The notes: generated from the letters alone by a model not told the origin. 64,000 bases of DNA from Perkinsus chesapeaki ATCC PRA-425 (GCA_013115145.1 JAAPAO010000058.1:1-64000); one strand, 5' to 3'; counted from the first letter of the stretch, positions 1 through 12,904 are shown. Program-made: numbers and translations.

Positions 1-149
1 GACAGAGTTGTGTTAGAACCGAAAATCGGGACAGGGGGACAACTTTTGTGTCACGGCACTTGCTAGTACAACATAAACGATTTTCGCGCTCGCCCACCCC
101 TCAAATCTAGCTGAGCACTACACTCGTCTCGGGGTAGGTAAGGCTTTAT

Positions 150-2497
150 CAAGTACACAAAGGACCACTTGCTGTCACACTGGGCCTTGAATTGGCCATA
201 CCTCGAGGTTCTCAAGTCGGGATGGGATCAGTTTTGATTTAGTAAATGAAGCGTGTAGATATTGTCGATCTAGAGGGCCATGGGTCCAAGAGGGCACGGC
301 TGGGCCTTCCTGGTACTACCGAACAGGACTATTGTAGCCTATTACAGCGTTAAGGAGCAGGTCTACGGATGCATACGGAGTCACAGTATAATGCGGCACA
401 GTGGGCTTCGCAGTTGGAAGAGCTCGGCAGCTTCCCACTCATTATAGAGCTCGAGGGCATTAAGACAGACTATGCCTTTTCGGAGAATGACCTGAAACGG
501 GTTTGTGAGAGGTAGTAAGGGTTCATTCAGGGGAGGGGTAAGCAGGAGTGACCTGAACGCTACTCATTGTCGAGGGTTGTACGCCTTCGATATATGGATA
601 GCCTAGCCTTCTCTGGGGTATGTGAACTAGTAATGTTGAAGAGCTGTGTAGATATGTTATATTTTTTCATATTATAGTACTGTTCTATACCATCCCAAGT
701 CAGCCCCCATACTGTATTTCTTCTTGCATTTTCTGAAGCATCCGCCCTGTATGAGTGGATCAGTGTTGATTCATTATAAATGCATCATGTGGAAGCTGGT
801 ATGTAAGATACGGCCCAGTACGGACATTAGAGCTTCTCGACTCTGTCTCGGCCCCGGATGTGGCCCTAGTAGAATTTGAGAACAAGTCAGACGCCTTGGA
901 GTTCCTCGCCCATATGAATGGTAGCTGTTGTCTCTTTTCGCTTTCCTTCACTCCCACCAGGTCTGCCTATTAAAGTCGACGGGGAGTCGGTCGTCATCCG
1001 GATAACCCCCTTCTCTAAAGAGGCGGAGGAAAAGCTTAGAGTAGTTCTCACCTTACTATAGAGCTATCAGGTCTGCTTAGTGTAATCTTGAACTGGCCGT
1101 GGGACAGGCTACACAAGGGAATGCCTTCGCCTTCTCGGATGGTGCGGCGGCGGTAGCTGATCTTCCCCTGTATGAGATTGACCTTAGGAGAGGACGAAGC
1201 CCAATGGGCCGCCCCGAAGCAATGGTGTTGTAGATTCGTTATTGGGGCGGAACGAATGTAGTAGGGGGTCTAGAATGCCGCTTCGAACCTTCCTTGACCT
1301 AGTCGAGCCCCGGCGTGGACGATATAGTTGAGTCTGTCAGGCATAAGGACTTCCCTCTAGTGGGGCGTATTATAGGGCCTAGTGGAGAGCACATGAAAAC
1401 AATACATGCAGCCACAGGAGCTAAGCTCCGGCTTAGAGGCAAAAGGAGTGGGCAGTTTGAGGGGTGACAGTAATAGGGTCTATTGGGATGGGGTGTAGGT
1501 AACTATAGAGAGGGACCAGAGAATATGGAATCGGACGAGCCAATGCATCTCTGCGTTAGTAAGCCAGAGAGCGGCGAGGTCGAGGGTGAAGCTGTGGATA
1601 GGCAATACGAGCGAGGTGGCTTATAGACGGACATGCGAGCTGGTGGAGAATCATATGAAAGCTGTTTATGATGACTATGCTATATGGTGTGATCAGAGGG
1701 GGATACCAGTAGGGCTGCTGTAGACTGGCTGTATTGGAGATGGTAAGGCGGAGGGCAGGTACCAGTTATACAAATGATAGTCGTAGAAGGGAAGGCGACA
1801 GAGTCACTGGAGCAAAAGCTCAACGAACTCTACTTGGCACAGAACCAAGCTGTAAATCAGTCTTCATCACAAGTGGATAGCGTGGTTTCTCTCAGCCCCC
1901 GGTAGCGGAGGCCCCTCCTGCCCCGCCCAGCTTGATCCCTATAGAGGTAGGAGATCCTCGCATGGACCTAAGATGCGTTTGGGTACCGCTCAGCATCTGG
2001 TGGCATTCAACTATCGTAACCCTGGCTTCAACAAGAGGATAGGAGGTAAAGAAGATGAGAGCGATAATGGTAAGGATGGCGAAGGGAAAGAGGAGATTAT
2101 GGACCTTGAAGAAGAGGAAGATGCCGATGAGGATGGTACACAGTGGCAGCGACGGCAGGGGAGATGTACCGGACGCTGGCAGGCATACACGACCCTCGCC
2201 TTCTGCAGCCAGAGGACCCCTCTCTTAAGCCACGGGCCGATGGTTCTGATGTACGTAGCGGCTGATAGTTCTCCCAGGCCTCAATGGCAGGTATGCCGTC
2301 ATTGGTTGAGAAATCGATGTAATTACGGTGATAAATGCAGCTTCAAACACGTAGGGAACTTCCATATCGAAGGACCTTCACCAGAGTGCATTACAGGTCC
2401 TACCGGAGGGTATGGTGCCACCGCCAGGAGTGGTCCTGCCGGGCCTAGGTCCATCCAAGCGACAGAAAGCGAAGGAGACATCGAAAGAGACTGCTGA
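150..2497 (+). CDS. RRM + KH(SF1/BBP-type) RNA-binding protein with C-terminal CCCH zinc finger, multi-exon (paralogue 1)
   Basis: Exon translations: FPLIIELEGIKTDYAFSENDLKRVCER (~430-510); KH motif HKDFPLVGRIIGPSGEHMKTIHAATGAKLRLRGK (~1343-1445); acidic tract; CRHWLRNRCNYGDKCSFKH (C-x7-C-x5-C-x3-H) just before the stop at 2497. The 5' end is uncertain. Confidence 0.75.
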
Positions 2498-2632
2498 CTA
2501 ATTAAAGGCATGTTGTTTCCCCTTATGGGAATGTCGAGTAGCATACGATGTTGCTACCACTGCTGTTCTGTTGTGTTGGTTAACTTTCTGAGGAGTATCT
2601 GCCCAGAATAAGTCCCCTTCACCGCATTGACA

Positions 2633-4750
2633 ATGTCAACAGCGGCAGCAGAAACGGCTACAGCATCATCACCGACAGCTGCACCGAGTCCACCTCCTAT
2701 GGACCCAAGGCGGCAACAGAAACGGTCACTCGCTAGCATGTCCATGTCCGATGGGATGGGCGGTATTCGCGGATCTATTGGCCTGACCGGTAGGGGTACG
2801 GTGTTTGGTTCCTGTAAAGGAGCGTTGTTCCGTCAGGTAACATTCAAGCAGGTGGGAAAATCAATCCCTTCTTGGCCTATCAAAATGACGTCTCCCAAGC
2901 CGGTGAGCAACTGGACAGGATGCCTTTACCGCATCACAGTCACCTGTCTGTCGTAGGTGATCTGTCGTCCTGCGCATTGGTGCTCATGCTGGAAGGCATC
3001 CCCAAGGATTTTGCCTTCTCCGAGAACGACCTCTGGACCACATTCTCGAGGTAGATACTATCAGTGGACGCTGACGCTCAAATGCTGTGAGGCTTCTCTG
3101 TCAGGTACGGCCCGCTGAAGACTGTACAGCTGCTGGACTCAGTGTCTGCCCCTGACGTTGCACTGCTGGAGTTTCAGAACAACTCTGATGCTTATGAGTG
3201 CCAAAGACACCTTGATGGTAGTCTACGTCTTGTCACCACTTCCGATTGGTTATTTTAGGTGCAGTGTTGAAGATAGAAGGCGACACATGTGTAGCGCGGG
3301 TGAAGCAGTTCAGTCAGGAAATGGAGAAGCATCTGAGGGTAGGCATCGATGGCCGAGATCGATCGTGGTAAAGTTGTTCTGGTTAGGGCCTCCTAGAGAC
3401 AGCAGCAGCTGCATCATTGCAGTATCAGATAGCAAGAGGTGGGCTGCTGCATTCGATCGGGGGTCAGATGTTTCCTTTTCAGATGGGGAGTCGATACTGA
3501 GCGATCCGGATGCGCTGGGCGGGCCAGCTTCCAATGCAGGGAAGTGGTGCGCCAGGTAAGGCAGTAATCGCTGCCAGAGACTTGCAGGGTGCAGCCGTCA
3601 TGCTGCAGGTTCGTCATCGGGGCTGAGAGGATGCATAAGGACTTCCCTATCGTTGGTCGGATAATCGGACCCAACGGTGAGCATATGAAGCTGATTCACC
3701 ACAAGACAGGAGCTAAGCTAAGACTTAGAGGGAGGAGAAGTAAGCTGGGGAAGAGGGTGGGATAAGGAGAGCTATGGTTATTGTTAGGCAACTTCCGGGA
3801 AGGCCCCGAGAATAAGGAGTCAGATGAGCCCCTTCACCTTTGCGTATCCAGCCACGATGAGGTACGGCTCCCCTTGGGCCCATTGGTTCCACAGCTTCAC
3901 TGTTGATGCTCAGGTATCCTACAGACGTACATGTGAGATGGTAGAGCATCTTATGAAAGGCGTCTATCACGACTATGGTGAATGGTGTGCTCAGAGAGGC
4001 ATACCTGTAGGCTGCTGCTGATGGGGTGGTCATTGTACATAGACTAACTCCTTCAGATACCGGCCATCCAGATGATTATGGTCGAAGGCTCCACTCATGA
4101 GTCATTGGAAGAGAAACTGCAAGTAAGATGCAGTTTCTACAAAGGGGTCCAGGATATCAGAGAGCTATTCTATCAGGAACTTTATTCATCCCAAAACCTC
4201 ACACTACCTTCACCTGGATCAGTCGAAGGAGATGGGGACAAGGCCGTGGACCCGCGCTTGGCTGAGGCGCATGTACCGGTCTTTGATGCTGTAAGATGGC
4301 AATAGCTACACCTTTCAGAACTCTATCTTTTTCAGAGCCAAACGGGGCCCGCCTACAAGAGGCTTCGAAGTGATATGAACTCAGTTAGTAAAGTATGCCG
4401 CCACTGGCTTAGAGGGCAATGCCATTATGGCGACCGGTAGGAGGTATCTGTCGCTCATTACCATTTACTCGGTGGTTGTTTTAGGTGTAGCTTCCGACAT
4501 GTGGTGCCACCGGGCATGGCACCTCCTCCACAGGGCGTTGTGTTCATACAGCAGCCGTCAGGAGATGACGATAAGACTGCTGCGAGCCCTTAAGTTGACA
4601 TCATGCTTCCACTGTTGCTGTTTACTATTATACAACTCATTCAACTCGTCGAGAGATCACCACCTTTCATGGCTTATGCTCGAGTACCTTAGGACACTCC
4701 AGTGCCACAAGAGGCGTCCCTTGTTGTCGTCCATGTCGGCAGTGTAGGAA
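2633..4750 (+). CDS. RRM + KH(SF1/BBP-type) RNA-binding protein, multi-exon (paralogue 2)
   Basis: ALVLMLEGIPKDFAFSENDLWTTFSR (~2975-3050) and HKDFPIVGRIIGPNGEHMKLIHHKTGAKLRLRGRRS (~3633-3740) align with paralogue 1. The downstream segment EPLHLCVS..TCEMVEHLMKGVYHDYGEWC is also shared. The 3' end is approximate. Confidence 0.75.
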
Positions 4751-4871
4751 ACTACTACAATACCATCTCCTCACTATTACCAACTGACCATTCAAAACGT
4801 CCCCTTTACCGCCCATCTGTAGTACCTGTTGAGTTCCACTAGTACAGGGGCTATGATAGGACTCTAGCGCA

Positions 4872-6271
4872 ATGACAAGTCAAAGCGGGAGAGAGGTGGC
4901 TTTCGGTAGGCGGGCGCGAAGGACTTTTCCAAGTGAGGCTCAGCCATTAGCGAGACCGCCGCTGGGTGAAGGTGCCCAGTTTGGGCGACGAGCAAGGAAT
5001 GCTGCTGCAGCCGCGGCCCCATCAGCTTCTTATGCTCAAGGAGGCAGGTTTGAGGAGAGGACGCCTCATGAGGAACATACGGTGTCGGCTTTCCATCGAC
5101 AAACATCTGTACCAGACAGGCGTCGGGGGTTGCCACGTGAGGGTCTTGGAGGCCCTATAGGGACTGAACTGCTAAGGCTGACCTTTGGCGAGAATCGGAG
5201 GTGCCCTGATGGCTGGTTTCAGGGCTTCAGATTCAATCTGGAAGGGCCGCGGTACTGCCTAGTGCAGGAGAAGGGTGGGCCTTGCGGGGTCCTAGCAGCA
5301 GTCATGGCGTTCATTGTTAAAAACATGATGAAAGCCAATGGAGAAGATCCTACCACTGAGCTACCTAAGGGCCAATTGCCAGGAGCGGAGGATCTTCTCA
5401 AAGATGCACTAGCGGAAATACTATGGCGGGTGGTCGAGGGCTCGAGCGGCAAGATCCATCTGGTGTATGGCCTTGATGATCCTGAGCGACCGGATAGAGC
5501 ATCGGTGGCAACCTTTGACAGTCAAGCAGCAGCAGTGGCAGCCCTGGGGTCGCCGCAATTTCTGAGGCAATACGCAGAATGTAAGAATGTTCCCCATACC
5601 GCTGTAATAGTTACGCGGTCAATTGATGGTATGGCACCGCAAAGGTTGAAGCAGGTGCCGGCCTGGTTGCCTTCGTGTACTCAGCTATTCTTACCAGGGG
5701 CCTGGAAGAGGTAAGAGAGGATACCGATGATCCCAAGGGTGCAACTATGCTTGGTGCTCATGGGTAAGCTGCAAGGATCAGCCTTGGGCCAGTTTAGTAG
5801 GCACGCGTAACATATTTAGTTCTCAGGTACTGCACACAAGAGCTTGTGAATCTCCTTCTGGTCGGGCGAGCGGTATCAAACACCTTCGACGGCCAGCAAT
5901 CTCTGGACGGCTTAGTTCTGACAGGCATAGAGTCTGCCAGTTGCCCCGTCGGTCTTCTCAGTCTCTATGAACACTTCGGCTGCTTGGAGGTGGGCCAGCG
6001 GCTGAAGATGCCTACCTCCTCTATCTGGCTGATATGTGCGGAGAGCCATTATTCGCTCCTCTATGGTGTGGGGCCTATCGATAGCGATACGGTGGAGTTG
6101 CGGTACATGGACCAGTTAATGGGCGAAGAAGGTGAATACCACCTCACCTTGCGGCTCTTGGATAGGAAAGCTCCAAGATTTAAGCCTCCGAGAGGTATGA
6201 TAGAGCAATGCATACGAACAAGATGGCAAGAATATGAAATATCTTGGAACGGGAGAGATCCAATTCTGTGA
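4872..6271 (+). CDS. MINDY-3/4 family deubiquitinase (DUF4205/FAM188)
   Basis: Catalytic Cys motif LVQEKGGPCGVLAAVMAFI; GYCTQELVNLLLVGRAVSNTFDG; catalytic His motif IWLICAESHYSLLY; C-terminal IEQCIRTRW. Stop at 6271. Confidence 0.88.
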
Positions 6272-6277
6272 CCAACC

Positions 6278-8041
6278 ATGCTATCACCTCAACGACGTTA
6301 CCACACTGTGCTGTTGGGTTGGCAATTTCTGAGTGAGCAGCTTGGTGGCAGTTATGACTTCGGCAGCCACCGCCCGAGTGGGCCTTCTGCGAGCCCTAGT
6401 GTCTGCCGGCAACGGCCAGATGGCCGCCGAGAAGCTGCCGCATCTGTACGCACTGGCTGGGGCGGCTATTGAGGTTAGTAATGAACCTTTGAACGCTGTG
6501 ATCACTGTTGTTGTCTCATAAAGGCCATGGCAATGGAAGGGGATATTTCAGCAGCGCGGCAGCTCGTTGCTCGAATGGAGGCGGACGGAGAAGCCAGTGC
6601 GAGAATGACGGGTAAGCAGACACCAGGAAGGTGGAGCTACCAGGAGGATGTTGCCAGATTCCAGATGGCCTGCGAAGACTGATAGGTTCCCTCGTTTACC
6701 AGTGCCTCTTTCAATCTACACGTCCCTGGCTCGAGGGCTCGCCTCACAGAAACGTATAGCAGACTGTGTGCGGCTGTGGGGCCACGTTACCAAATGGCGA
6801 CTGCTCAAGCCGGACAATGATTTCTTTGAAGGTGGACTGGCGCGTGTCGGAACTTCACGATTTGTTTGCTCAGCTATGCTATCCTGTTGCGCAGCGGCTA
6901 AGGACTCCGACTTGGCGGCTAAGCTACTCACAGTACGTTAGATTGCGGCTTTAGTTTTCATTAAAGTCGTCCTTGGGTAGGAGGCGGACGTCCACAGTGT
7001 CCAGCTCGGCCAAGCTGCTCGGTCAAATGCTCTGGGCGCCCTCGCTCACTCCCGGAAGCATGGACAAACGGCGTGGGAGTTGTAAGCTACTCCTGTCACG
7101 GTTCTGATTGAACGCTTGCCGGCTGCTCGCAGATATTGCTCGATAGTGGCGTCTGCTGAACCAATACCCTCCATCACTTTCGAGCGGGTCCTAGTAGCCT
7201 GCGCTACCAATCGATGGCATCATGCGATACCCAGAATCCTTCAGTTGGCGGACAAATCGGTACGGTTGTCCCTCCACTCAAGAATGACCTAATTCCTCTA
7301 CAGGCCTGTCCCTTGGGCGAGGCCGCTATTGTCCACGCTATAAGGGCTTTCAGAGAGCCACTGTCGTCCGAAAGTATCCCTCGCATCTCAGCTGAGGCGG
7401 CCGAATTACGGATGAGGAATGCCTGGAGTGTAGGCTACTCTTCGGGGGCATTCTAATCTCAGCTCGTCAGGTCATCGGGGAAGACCACAAGATCACTCTA
7501 CGACAAATGAATGCACTTGTGGAAGTGAGTTCTCAGTGTTGGCCGTCACGGTTGATACATCGTACAGGTATATTGTAGCCTTGGGTATTGGCAAGAGGCT
7601 GTTAGCCTCGTGCTCTCAGCAAGGGAACGGTGGCCCTGGATGGGCGAGGAAGCCGCAGATAGAGCAACAGATGGTGAAGGGTTCGCTAACGTTCATACGT
7701 TCAAGCCAATATTTATAGTAAGCGATTACGGTAGAGAGAGGGCTCCAGCTGATATCCTTCAGGCGATCAAAGACGAGCCCTGTGAAACCTTCTTCGCTGT
7801 ATGGGATGTGATGGTTCTCGATTGCAGCATCACACCGACTAGCGAAATGATCAAGGAGGCTATCAACAACGCTTTGATTCATCTTAAGTCTGCTAAGCGT
7901 TTGGTGCAACTACTGGAACTGGCCTACTCACGAGGAATACCAATTTCACAAGATCAACTAGATCTACTTCGGCGTGAGGCTTCTCACGTGCGCTCCGTAC
8001 AGCAGCTAATCCAAATAAGCTCACATCTTAAAGTCCCGTGA
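6278..8041 (+). CDS. Pentatricopeptide-repeat (PPR)-like helical repeat protein, probably organellar
   Basis: Exon YTSLARGLASQKRIADCVRLWGHVTKWRLLKPDNDFF (~6716-6830) fits the 35-aa PPR consensus (Y..L..G.....R...A..L...M....+.PD). Further helical repeats: AMAMEGDISAARQLVARMEADG and SAMLSCCAAAKDSDLAAKLL. The start is uncertain. Confidence 0.55.
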
Positions 8042-9058
8042 CATGTTTCAGCCATCAGTTTCTTGTCATCGCGCTAGATTGCTGCCTTTTGTTACCATAT
8101 CATAGCCTTAATTGACGGAGCCAGCAGCACGGACAGTGGGAGTGTATCCATAGTGTTTGCCCTTATGTGATGTGACTGGCAATGCGACCTTTGTCATTCT
8201 TTTCTACAATACTACTTGCTGCTAGCTGCTATTGCCTACCAGTATTATATATGTTAATTTGGCAACCGTTACGTCGCTCGTGATCCGAAGAATGCATAGA
8301 AATACGACAAAGGTCTCCTTCCAGAGAGTCCGTGAGTTGGTTATGTGCAATGATCGCTTCGACGGCTCAGAGCGTCATTGCTCCGCAATACATTCGCCAG
8401 CCTTAGTAGCCGAAAGCGCTACCGTTACCGCACTAGTAACGGTAACGGGATCTATTGTCTTACCATAATCGACTGCTTGGAGGCTCCCACGCTGCAGAAT
8501 TTGCCCAATGAGAGCCTCCTCGCCTGATACTGCCAACCCACAGTGTGAGCACACCTCGCTGATGGGTAATCGTCCCCCCTTATAGCTAGGCTGTTGGGGA
8601 CATATCTTATCCAGCTCGAAAGATTCCAGCAACACAACCGGTGATCGAAGGAGAACCAACTAGAGACCGATTGATTCAAGCAGTTATTTTATCAAAGTAT
8701 TCCGAATTCACTGATAACAGATCTCTTCAGAATAAAGCGCTAGGCTCTTCGGGGAGAAGCGCAAAAACACACGGCTTTACGCGTCATATTCAGAACGTTG
8801 GCTCAAGGAGGACGTGGGACTAGACGACCAACTAGGGACCGGGAAGGATAGATCCTTTTATAAAGGATTAGAGCACAATGGGGAACTTAACGTCCGGACA
8901 TTCTGACTGGATGTAGTGACTGACACAGTCGCCCTTAAGGGCCACTTGGGTTTGCTGACTTGACTATAACAGCACGGTGATCAAGGAATGTCATATTGAC
9001 TGTGTGGAGGCAGAGTCTCCGAGGCTCCAATCCCGTCAGATCTAATATTGACAGGCTT

Positions 9059-9280
9059 CTACGGACAGCACTTCACACATGGCTCACCACCTTGCGAGCA
9101 GACACCCATAGCGATCATGCAGTATATAGGATTAACGAGAGCTCCACCATACACACACCACCAACATGATGCGCAACCGAATGGCGAAGGGGGCTGAGGC
9201 TGCTCAACTTTCGGTTCAAAACCGAGAGTCATACTCATAGTAGCAATCAGAGTGCAGATCTTCAAATAGCTCACCCACAT
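9059..9280 (-). CDS. Small secreted cysteine-rich peptide (73 aa, single exon)
   Basis: True ATG at 9280. Hydrophobic N-terminus (MWVSYLKICTLIATMSMTLG), Pro-rich linker, then 8 Cys spaced C-x2-C-x2-C-x11-C-x6-C-x6-C-x2-CC ending at the stop. Confidence 0.55.
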   Translation of the reverse strand: MWVSYLKICTLIATMSMTLGFEPKVEQPQPPSPFGCASCWWCVYGGALVNPIYCMIAMGVCSQGGEPCVKCCP

Positions 9281-11089
9281 TCGAAGTTTTAACAGATATG
9301 TAGCTTTCCGATTGTTCCACAGCGGGAGTGTGTCACTGCGGGGCTATAGCTACCATGTGACATCACTGTTCAACAGCCAATATACAAAGCACATTACGCC
9401 TGGTCCAGTCCCCGGGCTTCCGTATTTTTCATATCAGCCATAATGACACACGAAAACAACTAGGACCTTGCTGCAGTCTTTATTGGTTTTTTGGAGTATT
9501 CAGATCGTATATGGTAGGCGCAACTATTCCCTTGCATTCCGGTCACGGTCACGTTGGGAGCGCTAGCCGCGACACTCGGCCGATGCAAGTCGGGTCTATT
9601 TCGTTGTGAAAGTCTCTAGCCGTTCACAAATCGAATACTTCCTTATTCAACCTGGCGGGCGAAAAAGAAATGCGCCAAGCTATTCACATCACAAGAGTCT
9701 CCTAAATGTAGCCTTGGGTTATGGGAGCCCCTGGGAGCTATCGCTCCTCCGGAACACTGAGCGTGATGCCTGCTGTCTCTGGAAAACATACCCTAAGGGC
9801 TCACTTATGTGAGCGTTTTCTCACCTCTTCAGTATCACTGGTACACAATACTGGCAATCGAGACAGTCCTGTCACCTGCGGACTACAGGGCTCGGAGAGA
9901 ATTTGGCGGAAATTTATAGCCGGAAAGGGCGTGACAATTGCAGTGTCACACTCAGTGCAATGACACCGCAATTCCGCCTTCAGTGTGTTGTGTCAAGACT
10001 ATCTCAGTAACGAACATGGAGCTTCACTTGCCGTGGGATTCCACTATATCGTCTCCACGTACAGACTAACTGTGCAACATGTGGATACTTTGGCCAGGAA
10101 ACGGGACTGGCTATTCATAGCATGAATAGCCTTTTCGTGGCAGTTGCGTACAGAATGGAGCGCCTAAAAATCGTGCCAAGTATAACCCTTAAACGGTCAA
10201 CGAAACGGTTGATCGATATGTCGTTAGATTCGCCTAGTAATAGCACCGAATATACCTTCCGTTTTGGCATCCTATACTGCTCCACGGCGGAAGAAAACTG
10301 AAATTTGTCAATTTGCATAACGAATTGGAACACCATGTGTCTCAGAATCGCCCGTGGGTGATGAGTGTAGCCTCCTCATTAAAGAAGTTTAGGGTGTGGG
10401 TGTCGCCATCGGTGTCATGAAGTTGGATGGCACGAATTGTTTCTTTAACTATTATACCGCATGCACCAAAGTTGTCGGGTTCAGCTATGATCAGTCTGAT
10501 CAGATCAGATAGCCCTCCGAGTGCTCCTCTTAGAGAGGAATACACCGCCAAATCTTCCAGCCAGGAAAATAACAGGGTGCTTCGTTTACTTTTTGAGCAG
10601 CGTTTCATTTCCGAGATTTCCGGAGACTTCCGTCGAAAATTTCAAGGTTTGCAATTTTCCGATGAGCAGAATAACCATTCTGAATGGTCGTCATGACCAC
10701 TGAATGATGCATTCATCAGAATGGTCATTGCGAATGCAAGTGCAACAGAACAGTTCCGTGGAACATTTAAACAATATAAATGTTAGGAGAATTCAAACAC
10801 AAAATTTCAGGTTGATATGAGCGGTAGTTAGGAAACGAGGTCTTTAGAGTGCGCGCACTGCATCTACACAACATTGAAGTGTTTAATGTCCGGAGCCCAT
10901 CGAGCGAAGCTTCCACTCGCCGTGGGATTCCACATCCGTGTACGTATAGATCTTACACACTTTGGAACACAACATGCGCAACTTCTCATCGTCGAGGAAG
11001 CTTTTCAGGAGGTCCACCATCAAGAGAGGATTGCTCAGACTTTTCAGCCTCACGCTGCTTATCCAACTGTCGGAGGTACTTCTCGACAT

Positions 11090-12904
11090 TCACACTCTCG
11101 TTACCGAATACGTAGCTCTCGTCCTCCGCACCGTGTGGCTGAAAGCAAACCTCCCTTTCGTGAAACTGACTTGCGCCAGCGGACTCACCTGTGCCTTCAA
11201 GTCTTGCTCTTCCTCGATATTATCACTTCGGTTCTTCCTCTTCCTCCTATCATGCAGTTTATTGTTACCTTCCACGAACTGTCTCATAGCTTCCCGCTCC
11301 CTCGGCGCTGGTTTCTCCTGTGTGAGCCTGCGAAGAGCCGTATCACTTCCGTCAATGCTCTAGTTTCGTACCATGGATGATTGAGAGCATCCTTCGCAGA
11401 TAGCCTCGTCTCTGGATTAAGGTCCAAGAGGCCCTTCATGAGATCGAGCCCCAACTGACAATACCACACACATGCTCGCTCCACGTTTGGAACCGCGTGC
11501 CTACCTGCGTCAGCGGGCAGGAAACCGCAGAGACGATTCCGCCTTGTGGGAAGCCGATGGCTGCACTCCTCCAGTCTGGCTGCCTCGTTCTTATCTTAAA
11601 CCCCTTAGCATTAACATATCTAACCACAGCACCTTCGCCGATCAGAGCATATCTTAGCAGCTTACGATCTGAACTCAGGCCATGGACGATGAGCGTTGGG
11701 AGTCCCAACCAGGTCTAGTATCTTCTCCAAAACATCGATCTCAGATGCCTCAGCAAAAAGTGGATCCTACCACCGTTGGAATAACCTCAATTCTTCATGT
11801 ATGTCTTACCCTTCTCATAATCTCCCCTACTATACATCCACATGACCACATATCGATCGCCGTAGTGTACTTGTAATCGGCAGGTCCCAGCAGGAGCTCT
11901 GGCAAGCCAGTCCCCGAACAGCATTTGGTCCGTCCGCTCACCTGGCGCTCTATACCATAATGTAACAACTTTGCGGGTCATGGGATCGATGGGCTCCGAA
12001 TACTGTCTAGCCAGTCCGAAGTCGCAGATCTTAAGGACTCCCCTAAAAACCACTGTAGCGTTAGAGCAGCCAAAGCAAGCGAGGTTCCGAATACGCAAGC
12101 CCGCGGCTATTACCGATTATTGAAAAGTATGTTACTCGTCTTTAAGTCTCTGTGAATAATCCATCGCTCGTGCATATACGCGACACCGGAGAGTAATTGC
12201 ACTACTAATGATTTTACCTACACAGAACGGAATTTGCCTATCCCACCGTCGACACCCGTCGGCCTCCCCCACCCATCACCCCTACTACCTCGGCTTGCCG
12301 CAGCCCTTCATCAGGCGTCAAGTGCTCCAATAGGTCCTTTAACTCATGCTCCATGTACTCCATCACCATATAGATTTGAGTGCTTCGTGCCCCGACAACC
12401 TAACAGCTAACCCTCAGCCGCCGGCGACTGGCCGAGGAAAGCATTACCACTTCCGAAACTGTGATGATGTTCTCGTGCCGAAGACGCAGGAGAGTATCGA
12501 CCTCGCGCAAACATGTGAGAGGGAACCCGGAAGACTCGTCCTGTTCTCGCAATTTCACCTAAACTTCAACATGCTCGAAGTCGCGTAAGGTGAACGTGTG
12601 GTGGCACCTGCTTTAGAGCACATATCCGCCCACTGGCCTTCTCCCTGGCACGATACACTACACCATAGGTGCCTTCATCAATCCGATTCAACTTTTCGTA
12701 GTTATCAACGGAACGGCAGCCCTACACGAGCGAAGCTTATTAAGATTACTGCCAATGGAGCGCCTAGACTATAGGCGTCGAGGCTGTCAGTGTCCCTGCC
12801 CCTCCTATTATTACATCCAGTACAGGTATGTGTGGCCTGGACGGCGGCACACCGTTGTTAGGGACCTGTGGCTCATTAGGGGCCACTGGCGGTGTTTGTA
12901 GCAT
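11090..12904 (-). CDS. CDK10/CDK11-like cyclin-dependent kinase, multi-exon
   Basis: Spliced exons: [28 protein letters not shown]; [22 protein letters not shown]; [15 protein letters not shown]; [39 protein letters not shown]; [29 protein letters not shown]-terminal Arg/Lys-rich tail. The start is approximate. Confidence 0.92.

Noticed and set aside
8798-8807. TTGGCTCAAG, matching the 3' end of the perkinsid/dinoflagellate spliced leader
   Set aside because: Only ~10 nt match, no upstream CCGTAGCCAT, and it is followed by GA rather than the GT donor of an SL RNA gene.
8862-8878. Hairpin ATCCTTT-TAT-AAAGGAT downstream of the Cys-rich peptide gene
   Set aside because: A 7-bp AT-rich stem is expected by chance, and bacterial-type terminators are not relevant in this eukaryotic context.
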